DNA of 64,000 bases from an uncultured virus (IMG/VR IMGVR_UViG_3300044956_000873). Taxonomy: Duplodnaviria; Heunggongvirae; Uroviricota; Caudoviricetes. Where the stretch lies: IMG/VR virus record IMGVR_UViG_3300044956_000873, one strand, 5' to 3'. Both the position numbers and the translations under genes were made by a program. Numbering within the stretch: position 1 is the first letter of the stretch; the number at the start of each line of letters is the position of its first letter. This document shows positions 40,026 through 50,885 of the stretch, piece by piece. Under the pieces are notes generated by a model. That model ran no database searches. It worked only from the letters and a program-made list of their open reading frames with translations, and had not been told where the DNA came from.

Positions 40026-40853
40026 ATGAGGCATCTTAAATCATTAGAAGAGTTTAGAATAGTTAATGAGCAGTTATTTAAAGACGGCGAAGCATTAATG
40101 AAACTCTTAAGCGGGGGTAAACTTCAGGATTCTCCTGTAGAAGGATCATTAGCAATAAAAGGAGGATCTATATCAGGGGATAAAGCCAAAAATGCACAAG
40201 CAGTGATAAATTCTATGAATAAGCATGGAATAAAAAATCCTTACACACAAAAAGCAATACTAGGTGTAATTGGTAAAGAGTGCGGATTTATGCCTCAAAA
40301 TGAGACATCATACTCTAACACTTCTTCTGCTAGAATAAGAAGTATATTTGGTGAAAGAGTTAGTAAAATGACTGATGCACAGATCGATCAGCTAAAAAAG
40401 AACGATGAAGCTTTCTATAATTACCTTTACGGTGGAAGATACGGAAATGCTCCTAACGAAGGATACAAATATAGAGGCAGGGGATTTAATGGTATAACAT
40501 TTAAAGGAGTTTACCAAAAGATGCAGAATCTATTAGATAAAATAGGTAAACTAGATAGAAAAGTCGATATAGTTGCAAATCCCGACGTTATTAATGACAT
40601 AGATGTAGCAGCAGAAACCGTAGTCCTTTATTTTTTAGATAGAGCATCAAATCCTTCAATATATAAAAAATATGGGGTTAAAGATCTAAATGGATTCAAA
40701 GACGAGGAAACAGCAGTTAAAGCTATGGTTCATGCGAATGCTGGATGGGGAGCTAATATGAATTCTCCGTTTTTAGTAACTAACTTAAATAAGGCTAAGG
40801 AGATGGCTCAGCAATTTAGTATTGCAGATTTAGGCCAAAATAATTTAGCTTAA
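40026..40853 (+). CDS. Leader + NEQLF module + GH19-like lysozyme domain
   Basis: MRHLKSLEEFRIVNEQLF; GKECGF; EGYKYRGRGFNGIT. Confidence 0.75.
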   Translation: MRHLKSLEEFRIVNEQLFKDGEALMKLLSGGKLQDSPVEGSLAIKGGSISGDKAKNAQAVINSMNKHGIKNPYTQKAILGVIGKECGFMPQNETSYSNTSSARIRSIFGERVSKMTDAQIDQLKKNDEAFYNYLYGGRYGNAPNEGYKYRGRGFNGITFKGVYQKMQNLLDKIGKLDRKVDIVANPDVINDIDVAAETVVLYFLDRASNPSIYKKYGVKDLNGFKDEETAVKAMVHANAGWGANMNSPFLVTNLNKAKEMAQQFSIADLGQNNLA

Positions 40854-41084
40854 ATTATCTTCTAAATTTATTAGAAAACATTCTTCTCCACTCGTGACCT
40901 TGTGGAACGTCCTTTGCTCTTACTCCGAATATCTTTTCTTCTGGGCATGGATCCATTTCTCTAACCATTCGATTGTTAATCCATGTCTATATTTTAACAA
41001 AGTTATTATTACAAGCCCAAGATTCTATTGATCTGTTCCAAGATGATCCCACCATAAATGGGAAATTTGTATTAGAATTATTAA

Positions 41085-41335
41085 CCACATCCATTATTTC
41101 CTATATTTCTATCATTAGATTTATAAAATTCTATCCAATATTTTTCAGAATTAGATAGATCCTCGTAATTATCTGTTTCGTATATTATTTCTTTTTGAAA
41201 ATATTCTATTCCGTATTTTTTTATAGCTCTTTTAAAATTAATACACCTTAACCCATATAATTTTTATTAAAAAGTGTATCCTTACCTATCTATATTTTGG
41301 CGTCTAATATATTGGTTATTATATAAACCTGCATA
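41085..41335 (-). pseudogene. Degenerate GIY-YIG homing endonuclease remnant
   Basis: YMG*G...RAIKKYGIEYFQKEII...EKYWI with stops and frameshifts. Confidence 0.6.
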
Positions 41336-41345
41336 TTTTATATTT

Positions 41346-41918
41346 TTACCAAGGATTGCTGGATTTAATACCTATCAATTTACGATAACGTGAGATATTG
41401 CACGACCAGTATTTAGCTTTCCATTTAGGTCCAGGCTGATCGCACTTCATCCTTTTTTGAAACGATCTTGCTTTTTTAGGATCAGCATTATTAACTCTCA
41501 TTCCAGGTTCACCAAATCCAACCTTAACAATGTTACCACTTTGATTTTTTGTGTATACCCCAAATTTCCTAGGACCTGAAGGTGTTCTGAAAGGTCTATT
41601 AAGGTTTACTTTTCTACCTCTATATTCTGCCTCGTGTAGCTCGTCTACATCTTCAAAAGGTATGTCGAGAAAAACCTCTTTTCCCTCATATATTCCCTTT
41701 TTGCCAGCATCAGTACCAACCAACCAGATTTCATCTTCAGTTAGTCCAATATTTCCTTCATTAAATAATATTCTAGCTTCGTTAACAAGATCTAACCATG
41801 CTTCCGATTCCACCCTAAAAACGCTCTCTAATAAGCCTATACCGTTGTTAAAGTGATAAGATAAGTTCTCAGATAATAAATTATTATTAAATGCGTTAAA
41901 ATCGCTTATATGCTTCAT
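41346..41918 (-). CDS. Hypothetical protein with leader MKHISDFNAF; basic C-terminal domain ending YWSC
   Basis: ORF; GGATATATA upstream; internal LHE before the basic domain. Confidence 0.8.
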   Translation of the reverse strand: MKHISDFNAFNNNLLSENLSYHFNNGIGLLESVFRVESEAWLDLVNEARILFNEGNIGLTEDEIWLVGTDAGKKGIYEGKEVFLDIPFEDVDELHEAEYRGRKVNLNRPFRTPSGPRKFGVYTKNQSGNIVKVGFGEPGMRVNNADPKKARSFQKRMKCDQPGPKWKAKYWSCNISRYRKLIGIKSSNPW

Positions 41919-41933
41919 ATAAATTATATATCC

Positions 41934-42656
41934 TTATTTAATTAGATCGTTCTCGAACATAATATCACATATGTATCTTGAGATTTTTGTATCTGATGGA
42001 TAGTGGATTCCAACCACCTCCCTGCTTCTTGCAATTTTTTCACCTACTTCCCTAACCTCGGACGCAATTTCGGGATGTTTTCTTGCATAATGCTCTGCCA
42101 TTGTAAATGCAGTGAGTGCGTGCCCGCTCGGGTAAGCTGCGGTCATGGCATCAGTTCTTATTAATGGATACAACGGAATGTCATAAGCTTTAGCTAACTG
42201 ATATGGTCTAGGTCTATTGATGACATCTTTTAAATAATTAAGAATCACGTCCGTTTGGTTGTCTATCCTAAAATAGCCATCCATAGTCTCCTTGTATCCT
42301 TTTGAATTTAAAAAATCTATAAAAATGTTTGGCAGATTGCTCTGGTCATCAGCGTATCTAGCAAATGTAACATCATCTCCCGTTGTATTTGATGTTAATT
42401 CTAGTAATTCTTCTAGGTCTTTTCTTGTGGTTTCGCTGTCATTTAAAGGAGCTTCTTTTATTATCTTTTCTATTAGCCCTTCTTTTTCGAACCATTTTCT
42501 TATAGGATCATTCTTGTCTTCTATAATCTCCTTGAATTCAATCGGTGCATTTCCATATACTATTTGGTTAATATCGACAGTTTTTTTCGACTTATTTAAA
42601 GATTGCTCAAGAATTATAGAATTATTTAATTCCTTGAAATAGCTTATATACTTCAT
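41934..42656 (-). CDS. PAP2/acid phosphatase-haloperoxidase superfamily protein with leader
   Basis: K...NRPRP, AYPSGH, SREVVGIHYPSD. Confidence 0.85.
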   Translation of the reverse strand: MKYISYFKELNNSIILEQSLNKSKKTVDINQIVYGNAPIEFKEIIEDKNDPIRKWFEKEGLIEKIIKEAPLNDSETTRKDLEELLELTSNTTGDDVTFARYADDQSNLPNIFIDFLNSKGYKETMDGYFRIDNQTDVILNYLKDVINRPRPYQLAKAYDIPLYPLIRTDAMTAAYPSGHALTAFTMAEHYARKHPEIASEVREVGEKIARSREVVGIHYPSDTKISRYICDIMFENDLIK

Positions 42657-42858
42657 ATAGCTATATATCGATCGTAGTGATTCTTAATCCCTAAACCACC
42701 AAATCATTCCGCCCAAAGAGCATCGCCGTGTCTCCAACCGGATACAACTACTCCTCTATCTACGTTGTATGGTCTAAATCCTCGATGTTCTAGTATATCT
42801 GGCTTCTTTAAAGAGAGATCCTTGTACCAAACAGCAGCACATAAAATGTACTCATCCA

Positions 42859-43134
42859 TTATTTTATTTTTATAAGCCAATTAGCTAGGTGTTCGTCGAT
42901 AGTTAATTCGTCCCACTCGTAATCAGTGAAACCTTTCCTACAATACTCACCAAAGTTTGTAAGATCCATTGCAGTGAAACCTGGGGTTCTTTTTAGAACG
43001 TCTCCGACAGTCTCTGAGGAAACTTCATCTCCTTTTGTTTCTATATCTTTCCATTCTTTTTCTATAGATTCAGAATCAATGGAGTTAAATTTTTCTGCTA
43101 ACATTGCAGTTAGTTTCATTTCATTTAGGTTCAT
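42859..43134 (-). CDS. Hypothetical protein
   Basis: ORF track. Confidence 0.6.
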   Translation of the reverse strand: MNLNEMKLTAMLAEKFNSIDSESIEKEWKDIETKGDEVSSETVGDVLKRTPGFTAMDLTNFGEYCRKGFTDYEWDELTIDEHLANWLIKIK

Positions 43135-43600
43135 ATTCTTTTATTTGTTTTATGTAAGGTTCATATACTGAGGTTCCTGTTAATCCTCCGTTTTCGTATT
43201 TGTCTACAGGAATCCATTTTGTCACCATAGTGTCCACTTCTTTTCTTTCACATGGAAATGCTAATATATTCATGTCCTCTATATCAGGTCCTTGACAAAA
43301 AAGCTCTTTCCAAGTAGACTTGTCTAGATAATTCCTAAGAGCGCTCCACGCCTCCATATCGTGTGAGAGCCACATGTTGTCGTCGTGATTCATCGCATAA
43401 TCAATCTGTCTTTGTATCTCCTCTGCTAAAGATTTCCCTTATTGTTCTGAAAGTCTTTTACCAAAGTTTCTAACTAGATCCGACGGGTACATTGTGGATG
43501 CTATTGTGTATCTTCCACAGAAATATCTCAGGGAAGACCAAGTAAGATCCCATTCCCAGTCGCTCAATGGCTTAATTTTTTGCTTTTCCTTTGTTTTCAT
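43121..43600 (-). pseudogene. Hypothetical gene with in-frame TAA (43439-43441)
   Basis: MKTKEKQ...LRYFCGRYTIAS...EQ*GKSLAEE continues in frame into ORF 43121..43393. Confidence 0.65.
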
Positions 43601-43661
43601 AAAATTTATACTAAAAATGAATGTTTAAGTTTCTTCTGTAAAAATAGGAGATAAATATAAG

Positions 43662-43987
43662 ATGGAAGGATATGTTTATCTGATTGTTGAAGGTAACCAT
43701 AATGGAGAAGAGAAGTACAAGATAGGAGAAACTAAGAACGACCCACAGAAAAGACTTAAGAAATTAAAAACAGGTAATTCAAATCAGCTAGATATCCTTA
43801 AACTTTATAAGAGCAAGCACTATAAAAAGGTGGAAAAAATTCTACACCGAAAATTTATAAGTCAAAGGACATTATCAGAGAACGAGTTTTTTATCTAAGT
43901 GACGAACAGGTGTTTGGATTTATAAAGTATTATGAAGAAGCAGAACACATTATAGAGTCGCTTCAGGATAATCCATTTTTTAAGTAG
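43662..43987 (+). pseudogene. T5orf172/GIY-YIG-like protein, frameshifted in a T-run (~43887)
   Basis: GYVYLI...YKIG.T...RLKKL.TGN...E..LH...NEFF. Confidence 0.7.
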
Positions 43988-43989
43988 AG

Positions 43990-44490
43990 CTAAAGCCCAA
44001 AACGGTTAAGTAAAGCCGCACCTTTACATCTTAGTGCTTCTAATATTTTTTCGTCTAGCACTTTATCTAGTTCTTCACTCGGTTTTTTTCTATATAGCCT
44101 AGCCATTTCTAAAGGATATTCATTAAACGATTTTATAAGATCTCATAGAAGATCATATATTTCTGTGCTTCTGCCATCGTTTCGGTCTGCTATGATTTCT
44201 CTCCAATTTTCTAGACAGTCTAGTAGTTCTGTCCTTTCGTATAGATTAGAGTTTTCTTCCTCTAGGTCTTCAAATTTTGATTTTAGTTCGTCAAGATCAT
44301 CTTTAACATCGTCCCTAGATTCTTTCATATTATCTAAGTCCCGCTCTAAACAATCGATCCTCTCCTTTGCTTCCATGAGTTCTGATAGGATATCTTCTTT
44401 TTCTTGAATTAATTCTTAATTCTCGTCTTCGAGGCCCTCTATATAAAGAATAAGCTCCTCAACCGTTTTTTCTTTTAATTTATTAGGCAT
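43990..44490 (-). pseudogene. Coiled-coil protein with two in-frame stops and C-tag KGAALLNRFGL
   Basis: Single frame from ATG at 44490 with internal TAA and TGA. Confidence 0.65.
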
Positions 44491-44539
44491 AAATAATTTT
44501 ATGCAAATTTAGAAAAAATTTAAGGTAATAAAAAACGAT

Positions 44540-45124
44540 TTATTTTCTTTTCTTCCTATTAGCCTTGGCTTGTTGATAGAGTTTTTTATCGTGCATTTTT
44601 GTTGTCTTACCCCCGGTAACAAAAGAGTTAACCCTTGCCATTGCCCATTGCTGTGGATTTGTTCCTGGAATGTGTCCAGTTTTCCAAGCAGCATAGCCTC
44701 TTTTCCAAACTTGAGTGAGTATTCCTTGGGGAAACCCAGTTTTATCTGATTTCTTTTTAAGTGCTTTTCTAACAGGGCTAGTCGGAGAAGATACCCCCTC
44801 ATTTAAAAACCCTTCAAATTCTAATAGTTCTGATTCTGTTAAATGATTTAGAAAATCTATAAATTCATTTTCTAGATCCTCTAATATCCTCATGAATTCG
44901 TAAGGATCTGTGATTAGGTTTTCACCAAACATTTGTTTGTATTTTTTTGTGTATTTACTTGTTTTAGTTCCCACCTTCTTACCCACGCCCGCTTTGCGCG
45001 ATTTATAATCTGCATCCCATGGGCCATAAGCGGAGGAATCGTCGTCCCTTTTATGTGCGTGTTTTTTTATTTCTCTACGCATCACATTAGGATTTTTGGT
45101 AAGATACTTTTTGGGTAATTTCAT
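44540..45124 (-). CDS. Basic hypothetical protein (RGYAAWKTGH...WAMARVNSF motif)
   Basis: Start at MKLPKK after GGATAAATA. Confidence 0.75.
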   Translation of the reverse strand: MKLPKKYLTKNPNVMRREIKKHAHKRDDDSSAYGPWDADYKSRKAGVGKKVGTKTSKYTKKYKQMFGENLITDPYEFMRILEDLENEFIDFLNHLTESELLEFEGFLNEGVSSPTSPVRKALKKKSDKTGFPQGILTQVWKRGYAAWKTGHIPGTNPQQWAMARVNSFVTGGKTTKMHDKKLYQQAKANRKKRK

Positions 45125-45200
45125 AATGTATTTATCCAACCCAGAGGAAAAATTTTTTTTTAACAAATGAATTTTTTAGGTTTGCATAACTATAAAAAAT

Positions 45201-45530
45201 ATGAAAAGAAAAAAAGATTATGCAACTCTAATCCATGGTTCTATTTTTAGCCCTTGTTTTATGACAGAGGAAAAATTCGAGAATGGATATAAGTCTTCGG
45301 TATTTTATGTAGAAAAAGATTTTCGCGAGGAATATGAAAAACACATAGCAGCGATGTCTCACATTTCAAATATAGCAAAAAGCTACATTTTTAATAACTG
45401 GGAAAAGGTTAAGGATTGGAGTGATTTAGAAGTGGTTGTTAAACATGGACCAACTGGAGAAAAAACATACTATTACTCCTACAAAGAAAAAATAAGAAGG
45501 AAAGAATACGTCAGTGGTATGATTTCGTAA
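45201..45530 (+). CDS. Hypothetical protein
   Basis: ORF track. Confidence 0.6.
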   Translation: MKRKKDYATLIHGSIFSPCFMTEEKFENGYKSSVFYVEKDFREEYEKHIAAMSHISNIAKSYIFNNWEKVKDWSDLEVVVKHGPTGEKTYYYSYKEKIRRKEYVSGMIS

Positions 45531-45597
45531 CTACTTATAAAGTCTGATAAAAAAAAGAAAAGAAATCAAAACCCAGTTTTAACTATAAATAAATAAT

Positions 45598-46227
45598 GTG
45601 GTACTAGATCCAACTGATGGTGATTTTTCAATCACTATAAACGGAAAAAAACATTGGTGGATTCAAGACGAGGCTGTTATAATCATAGCAGACTATATAG
45701 AAAAAAGATTAAAAAAGAAAATAGTCCCGATGAAAAGGGGGTATAAAATGTATGGGATTGTTTGTAATAAAATAAGTTCTTTACAGAAGGGTATTCAATT
45801 TGGTAAATCTATTGTTGAATATGTCACTAAATATGGAAGTAATGAGCCATATAAAAAATGGTCTAGCGGAGATAAGCAGGTAATGCTCTATGATGGGGGA
45901 AATACTAATTCAAGAAGATTTGATGGAAAATATGTTGGGTCAATGAAAGGATGCTTAGATGAGTTAGATAGCCATAAAATAGAATCAGTTTCTTTTTATG
46001 AGAAAGATTTAGGAGACCAACTAACTTGTATTTGTTTATTACTAGATGAAAGGGTATGGGACATAGAAAAATTCAATGACTATGACGGCCCATTTATAGA
46101 CAAGCACAGGAAAGAGCCTTCACAGATTCCATACAATTACTGGAGATCAAAATTTGGTAACAGTGAAGAAGAAATAAATAAAATATTTTTTCTTAGAAAA
46201 TTTTTTAAAGAGCTAAAAACTTTATAG
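45598..46227 (+). CDS. Possible peptidyl-tRNA hydrolase (Pth2)-like protein
   Basis: MYGIV...QKGIQFG...FYEKDLGDQLT; weak. Confidence 0.35.
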   Translation: MVLDPTDGDFSITINGKKHWWIQDEAVIIIADYIEKRLKKKIVPMKRGYKMYGIVCNKISSLQKGIQFGKSIVEYVTKYGSNEPYKKWSSGDKQVMLYDGGNTNSRRFDGKYVGSMKGCLDELDSHKIESVSFYEKDLGDQLTCICLLLDERVWDIEKFNDYDGPFIDKHRKEPSQIPYNYWRSKFGNSEEEINKIFFLRKFFKELKTL

Positions 46228-46230
46228 TTT

Positions 46231-47244
46231 ATGTCAGAAAAATCCTCCTCGGATATTAGGAAAAGAATAAAAAATTTAATTAATATATCAAATAGAATGA
46301 CGAAAAGAAATGAGAACAGATACGTTGATATGACAGATGACGATTTAGGATTAGTTAATACACACAAGCACACCCAGTGGTCAGTTCTACAAAACGATCA
46401 ATTTGCGCCATCCTATGTTTCAGTTTCTAGAGTTCCTAGCGGTTTATATGAGTTAAAATGGAACTCTCTTGTGCAAACTTGGGTTTTAGCAAAACAAGCT
46501 CTGAACATAGACGAGCTATATGAGCTACCTTCTCCTGAAATAGAGAGCATTCTTAATGACATTAGGCTTTTCTGGAAAAAGGGGGGAGTTTATAGGGATT
46601 ATAATTTTGTCCACAAAAGAGGTATACTTCTTTATGGAGATCCCGGATGCGGAAAATCTGGTATCATACAGCTTTGTGTTAAAAGCTTAATAGAGGAAGA
46701 ATCTGGAATAGTAATAAACATAAAAGAAGATGAAGATTTTAAAGCCTTTCTGGAATTTGTTCCAACTATAAGAAAAATAGAACCCGAAAGACCTCTTATT
46801 GTATTATTGGAGGATATCGACTCTCTAGCTGGAGAGGATAGATATTCAACAACTAAACTTCTAAATATACTAGACGGTGTTAAACAAATAGAGAATGTTG
46901 TTTATATAGCAACAACAAATTACCCTGAAAAATTACAGGAAAGAATTACCAATAGACCTTCCCGATTTGATAGAAGGTACGAGGTGCAAATGCCATCGAG
47001 AGAAATTAGGGAAGCATACATCAAAAATAAGCTAACTGATGATGACTTAAAGACAATCAACATGGAAGAATGGTTAGACGCATCTGAAAACATGTCGCTA
47101 TCACATTTAAAAGAGATGGTGATTTCAGTTATCGTAATGGGTAAAAACTTTAATGAATCACTATCCGCTTTAGATGCACTCTCCGAGAGGCCTAAAATCA
47201 AAGGAGGAAAAAGAAAATCTGGAATAGGTTTCGGAAAATCATAA
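46231..47244 (+). CDS. AAA+ ATPase
   Basis: GDPGCGKS Walker A, LLEDID Walker B, TTNYPE, RPSRFD. Confidence 0.9.
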   Translation: MSEKSSSDIRKRIKNLINISNRMTKRNENRYVDMTDDDLGLVNTHKHTQWSVLQNDQFAPSYVSVSRVPSGLYELKWNSLVQTWVLAKQALNIDELYELPSPEIESILNDIRLFWKKGGVYRDYNFVHKRGILLYGDPGCGKSGIIQLCVKSLIEEESGIVINIKEDEDFKAFLEFVPTIRKIEPERPLIVLLEDIDSLAGEDRYSTTKLLNILDGVKQIENVVYIATTNYPEKLQERITNRPSRFDRRYEVQMPSREIREAYIKNKLTDDDLKTINMEEWLDASENMSLSHLKEMVISVIVMGKNFNESLSALDALSERPKIKGGKRKSGIGFGKS

Positions 47245-47272
47245 TACGGGATATATAATATAAGACTAGCAA

Positions 47273-48349
47273 ATGAAGAGTTTTAGAGATAAATTCCCCG
47301 GACTTACTGAAGAACAGATAAGAATCAAGTATAAACTCTGGGAGAAGGAAAAGGAAAGAGAAAATGATCTTTTAGAATCTCTTAAGAAAAAGAAAAGTCC
47401 ATTTAGAATTAAAGATGATAACGGAGAGGAAGGGCTTTACGACGGTTCTCTCGATGTCTATTACAATCATGGCGGTATAGTTTCAGATGCCGTTTTAGTA
47501 GGAGCTAATGTCTGCTTTAAATATAACGATTTAAGTTTTTCTGTGGTATTAAAGTACACTACAACCGATTCGGAGGGAAGATTTAAAACTCCAAGGAGCT
47601 TTGCAAGAGGTAGCGTTATAATTTCAGGAGGAATTGATTCAGTAAATGGTTTACTATACAATGGGCAATTTGTTATAGATTCTGCTTTTTATCATAACTA
47701 TAGGGCAGTGACGCCGCTCACTCATATTATAAATCATATATGGGAAAGAACCCCAACTAGGGTTCCAAAGGAAGCAACTAATGTAGTAAATGAATTCCTT
47801 AATGATTTTATGCCAGTTAGAGTTGGGAGGCTAAATCATGAAATATTATTTAACGACGATCACGTAAAACTCACACTAAATGGGATAGAAGGTGCGAAGG
47901 AGATTCAAGCTATTAATACCCTAATAGAGATTCATAGCGATTTAATAGGTAGTTTAAGAGCAAATAATATTAGCGAATTTAATCATCTAAAGATAAACAC
48001 CTATAATGAGATAGGAAATGCTTTATTGACCAGAATAAATGGACAGGAGAGCAGCAAATATTTTGAAGATATCTTCAAATTTCACTACACTGGATGTAAA
48101 AGAAAACACGAAGAATGCTGTATGGAACTTATATCTAGAGCTTCTGATGTTATTTTAGGATCTTTAGATAAGGACGTAGTTGAATCAACTAAAGAAATTC
48201 AGGCAATAAACTTAGCAGTAAAAACAGAGTGGTGCGAGAGAGCACTACATATGACTAATGATGATTCTATAAACAAAAGAATCATATGGGATAGTATAGA
48301 AAAAAAGAATCCGATTGATCTCATGGATTCTATAAATATACCAGCTTAG
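47273..48349 (+). CDS. Hypothetical protein (358 aa)
   Basis: ORF; GGATATATA upstream. Confidence 0.75.
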   Translation: MKSFRDKFPGLTEEQIRIKYKLWEKEKERENDLLESLKKKKSPFRIKDDNGEEGLYDGSLDVYYNHGGIVSDAVLVGANVCFKYNDLSFSVVLKYTTTDSEGRFKTPRSFARGSVIISGGIDSVNGLLYNGQFVIDSAFYHNYRAVTPLTHIINHIWERTPTRVPKEATNVVNEFLNDFMPVRVGRLNHEILFNDDHVKLTLNGIEGAKEIQAINTLIEIHSDLIGSLRANNISEFNHLKINTYNEIGNALLTRINGQESSKYFEDIFKFHYTGCKRKHEECCMELISRASDVILGSLDKDVVESTKEIQAINLAVKTEWCERALHMTNDDSINKRIIWDSIEKKNPIDLMDSINIPA

Positions 48350-48943
48350 TTATTTGTGGTTATCAAGATCAGTTGGATATTCCTTGATTTTTTCCATTGT
48401 TATTTTAAAATCCTCATATGAATATGGCATGAAAGAGTTAGTTTCTACTCCTATGTCCATTGTTCTTCTTCTTGTAGATTTTGTCCACCATTTATCATCT
48501 TTAAGATTATTGTGACAGTGCCCATACAATTGCCATGATCCTTTATGATATTTGTTCCAGATCTTCATTGGCCAATGACTAAGAACGATAAAATTTTTCT
48601 CTATCTCTATTTCAAGATAAGAGCTTACACTTTGAAATATTTCTTGGCAGTTTTGCCTGTTGCTGTATATGTGTTTGTCGTGATTACCAAGAATTAAATG
48701 TACGTTTTGACATATTATTCTCTTCCTAAACTTAAACACATTTTCTATTCCACCAAAGCTCCAATCACCTAGATGATATAGTATATCGTCCTGAGTGGCT
48801 CTTTCTTTTATAGAATTTACTATTTTTTCGTTGTGCTCCTCAAATGTTGTAAAATTCCTGCAATTGGATCCCTCTGGCCAATTACTTACTCCTTTGACAA
48901 TATTTTTATGTCCGTAATGAGTGTCTGAAGTGAAATATATCAT
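48350..48943 (-). CDS. Calcineurin-like metallophosphoesterase
   Basis: SDTHYGH, HLGD, GNHD, SHWP, YGHCH. Confidence 0.9.
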   Translation of the reverse strand: MIYFTSDTHYGHKNIVKGVSNWPEGSNCRNFTTFEEHNEKIVNSIKERATQDDILYHLGDWSFGGIENVFKFRKRIICQNVHLILGNHDKHIYSNRQNCQEIFQSVSSYLEIEIEKNFIVLSHWPMKIWNKYHKGSWQLYGHCHNNLKDDKWWTKSTRRRTMDIGVETNSFMPYSYEDFKITMEKIKEYPTDLDNHK

Positions 48944-49007
48944 ATTTTTTTATTGCGTCTATTCCTTTAAGTTCCGGAACTTTTTTGTTATGTATTGTAA
49001 AATTAAT

Positions 49008-50183
49008 ATGGTTTTTGAAAAGTTTAGAGAATGCGTAGATAATTTAATTGTTATACTTAATAAAAGCATGGGTGCATATATAGACATATTGGATTATTAT
49101 GACCCGTATGAAAAATCATTAAATATACTTTGGAAAGAAATATTAACCGAAGAGGGATTCGATTGGCTTGGATGGTATCTTTACGAAAAAGATGGTATTT
49201 CTGGCAGTCCTAAAAAAGACATGAAAGCATGGGTCAACGGACAAGAAATATGTAAAAATCTCGAGGATCTTCATGGGTATTTAACTATTAATTGTTATTT
49301 CAGACGAAATGAAAAATAAAAAATTTACTATTATAAACTGGGAGCTCCACCAGAAGCTACAGAAAAAAAGAAAAATTGACACTGAGTACAAATACCATAG
49401 GGGTAAAAAAAAGCCCAGTTGTTTTAGGAGGATTTTTAATCATATAAAGGATGTACTTAAAGGTTTACTCGAAATGTTAAAAAATGGCCATGCACCCAGG
49501 AGTTAAGCCCAGAGCGGAAATAATAATCGGGGAGGAGAAATATACATTGGATGATATCTTTATTTCAGAATTAGGATATTTGATGGTGAGGATATATTCA
49601 CTGGAGAAAAGGGTCTACACAACATATAATCTAGGATCTCACGATCCCGAAGAAAATTTTATAAAGGATGCAATCGAAAAGGAAAAAGGAGGACGAGATA
49701 GTTCTAATTAATATTGAAGGACCTATACTTAAACTCAAAAGGGGCGATGATGATAATTATGTTCTATATGATAAAGAAGACGGTATAGTGGAATTGTTAA
49801 GTTATAAGGGTGTTGTTGATTTTATATTTAATAAAGCCCCTATAACTTATAAGGATGGTAAACAAATTCTATATACAGATTTTTCTCCAAAGGATAGAGC
49901 TCACAGGGGTGAACTTGCAAGATTTCTTTTTGGTAAGGGTGTAAGTACAGGATTTTTAGAGATCAATAAGGAGAATGGACAATGGCTTTCTCCAGTACCC
50001 GAGGAAAGGGAATGGCAGGAGGAGGTTTTGAAAGAGATATTTCCGAGCTATCCAGAAGCCGCTCCTAGATGGCAGTATATGAATGGGCTATTACAGATAG
50101 CATTGAGATATAAAGAACAAATGGAAGTAGATCATGGTATTAGCTCCGGTGAGGAAGAACTAGAAGATGACGAAAATAGGTAA
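49008..50183 (+). CDS. Run of four small overlapping hypothetical genes (49008..49319, 49309..49506, 49484..49711, 49668..50183)
   Basis: ORF track; tight operon-like overlaps. Confidence 0.6.
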
Positions 50184-50520
50184 AAAATTAATTTATATCG
50201 CATCCCCTTATACCAATCCGGACGAGAGGGTAAGACACGAGAACTATTTAATAGTTACTAAAATTGCAGGAGATCTAGTGTCCAGAGGAGCTGTTGCAAT
50301 ATCGCCTATAACTTATGGACACATATTAGCTGAGCATACTAAAATGTCAACAGATTGGGATTTCTGGATGGATTTCTGTCTTGTGCTTTTAGCTAAATGT
50401 GATGAGATTCTTGTCTGTAATACTGTGGTTGGATGGGAAAAATCTAGGGGAGTTACTGCAGAAATTGAATTTGCTAAAAAGAATGGAATAGAGATAAAAT
50501 ATTTAAATCCCATAAAATAA
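50167..50520 (+). CDS. DUF1937 / nucleoside 2-deoxyribosyltransferase-like protein
   Basis: IYIASPY...SPI..GH...W...GWEKSRGV..EI..A. Confidence 0.7.
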   Translation: MTKIGKKLIYIASPYTNPDERVRHENYLIVTKIAGDLVSRGAVAISPITYGHILAEHTKMSTDWDFWMDFCLVLLAKCDEILVCNTVVGWEKSRGVTAEIEFAKKNGIEIKYLNPIK

Positions 50521-50528
50521 AGGGAAAT

Positions 50529-50885
50529 ATGACAAATGCAATTGCTTTGATAATCGGTATTTTATTTGGATTCATTGCACAGGTTATGACTTTTTTTCAA
50601 CTACAGGGACCGATTAAATATGATTGGTTTAAAAATCACTACTGGTTAACTGTTTTAATGGGAATTCCAATATCAATGTTATTCATGTATTCAGTAAAGA
50701 ATATGATTATAGCATTTGATGGACAGATGTGGCCATCCAGATTAATAGGATTTAGCATAGGAGCAATGGTTTTTACTTGGCTTAGCTGGAAGGTATTTAA
50801 TGAACCAATAACTTTAAAAACCCTAGTGTGTCTCTTGTTATCTGCTGGTATATTAATAATACAACTCGTATGGAAAACACCTTAG
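50529..50885 (+). CDS. Four-TM small membrane protein (SMR/DMT-like)
   Basis: Hydrophobic helices; F.EP.TLK. Confidence 0.55.
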   Translation: MTNAIALIIGILFGFIAQVMTFFQLQGPIKYDWFKNHYWLTVLMGIPISMLFMYSVKNMIIAFDGQMWPSRLIGFSIGAMVFTWLSWKVFNEPITLKTLVCLLLSAGILIIQLVWKTP

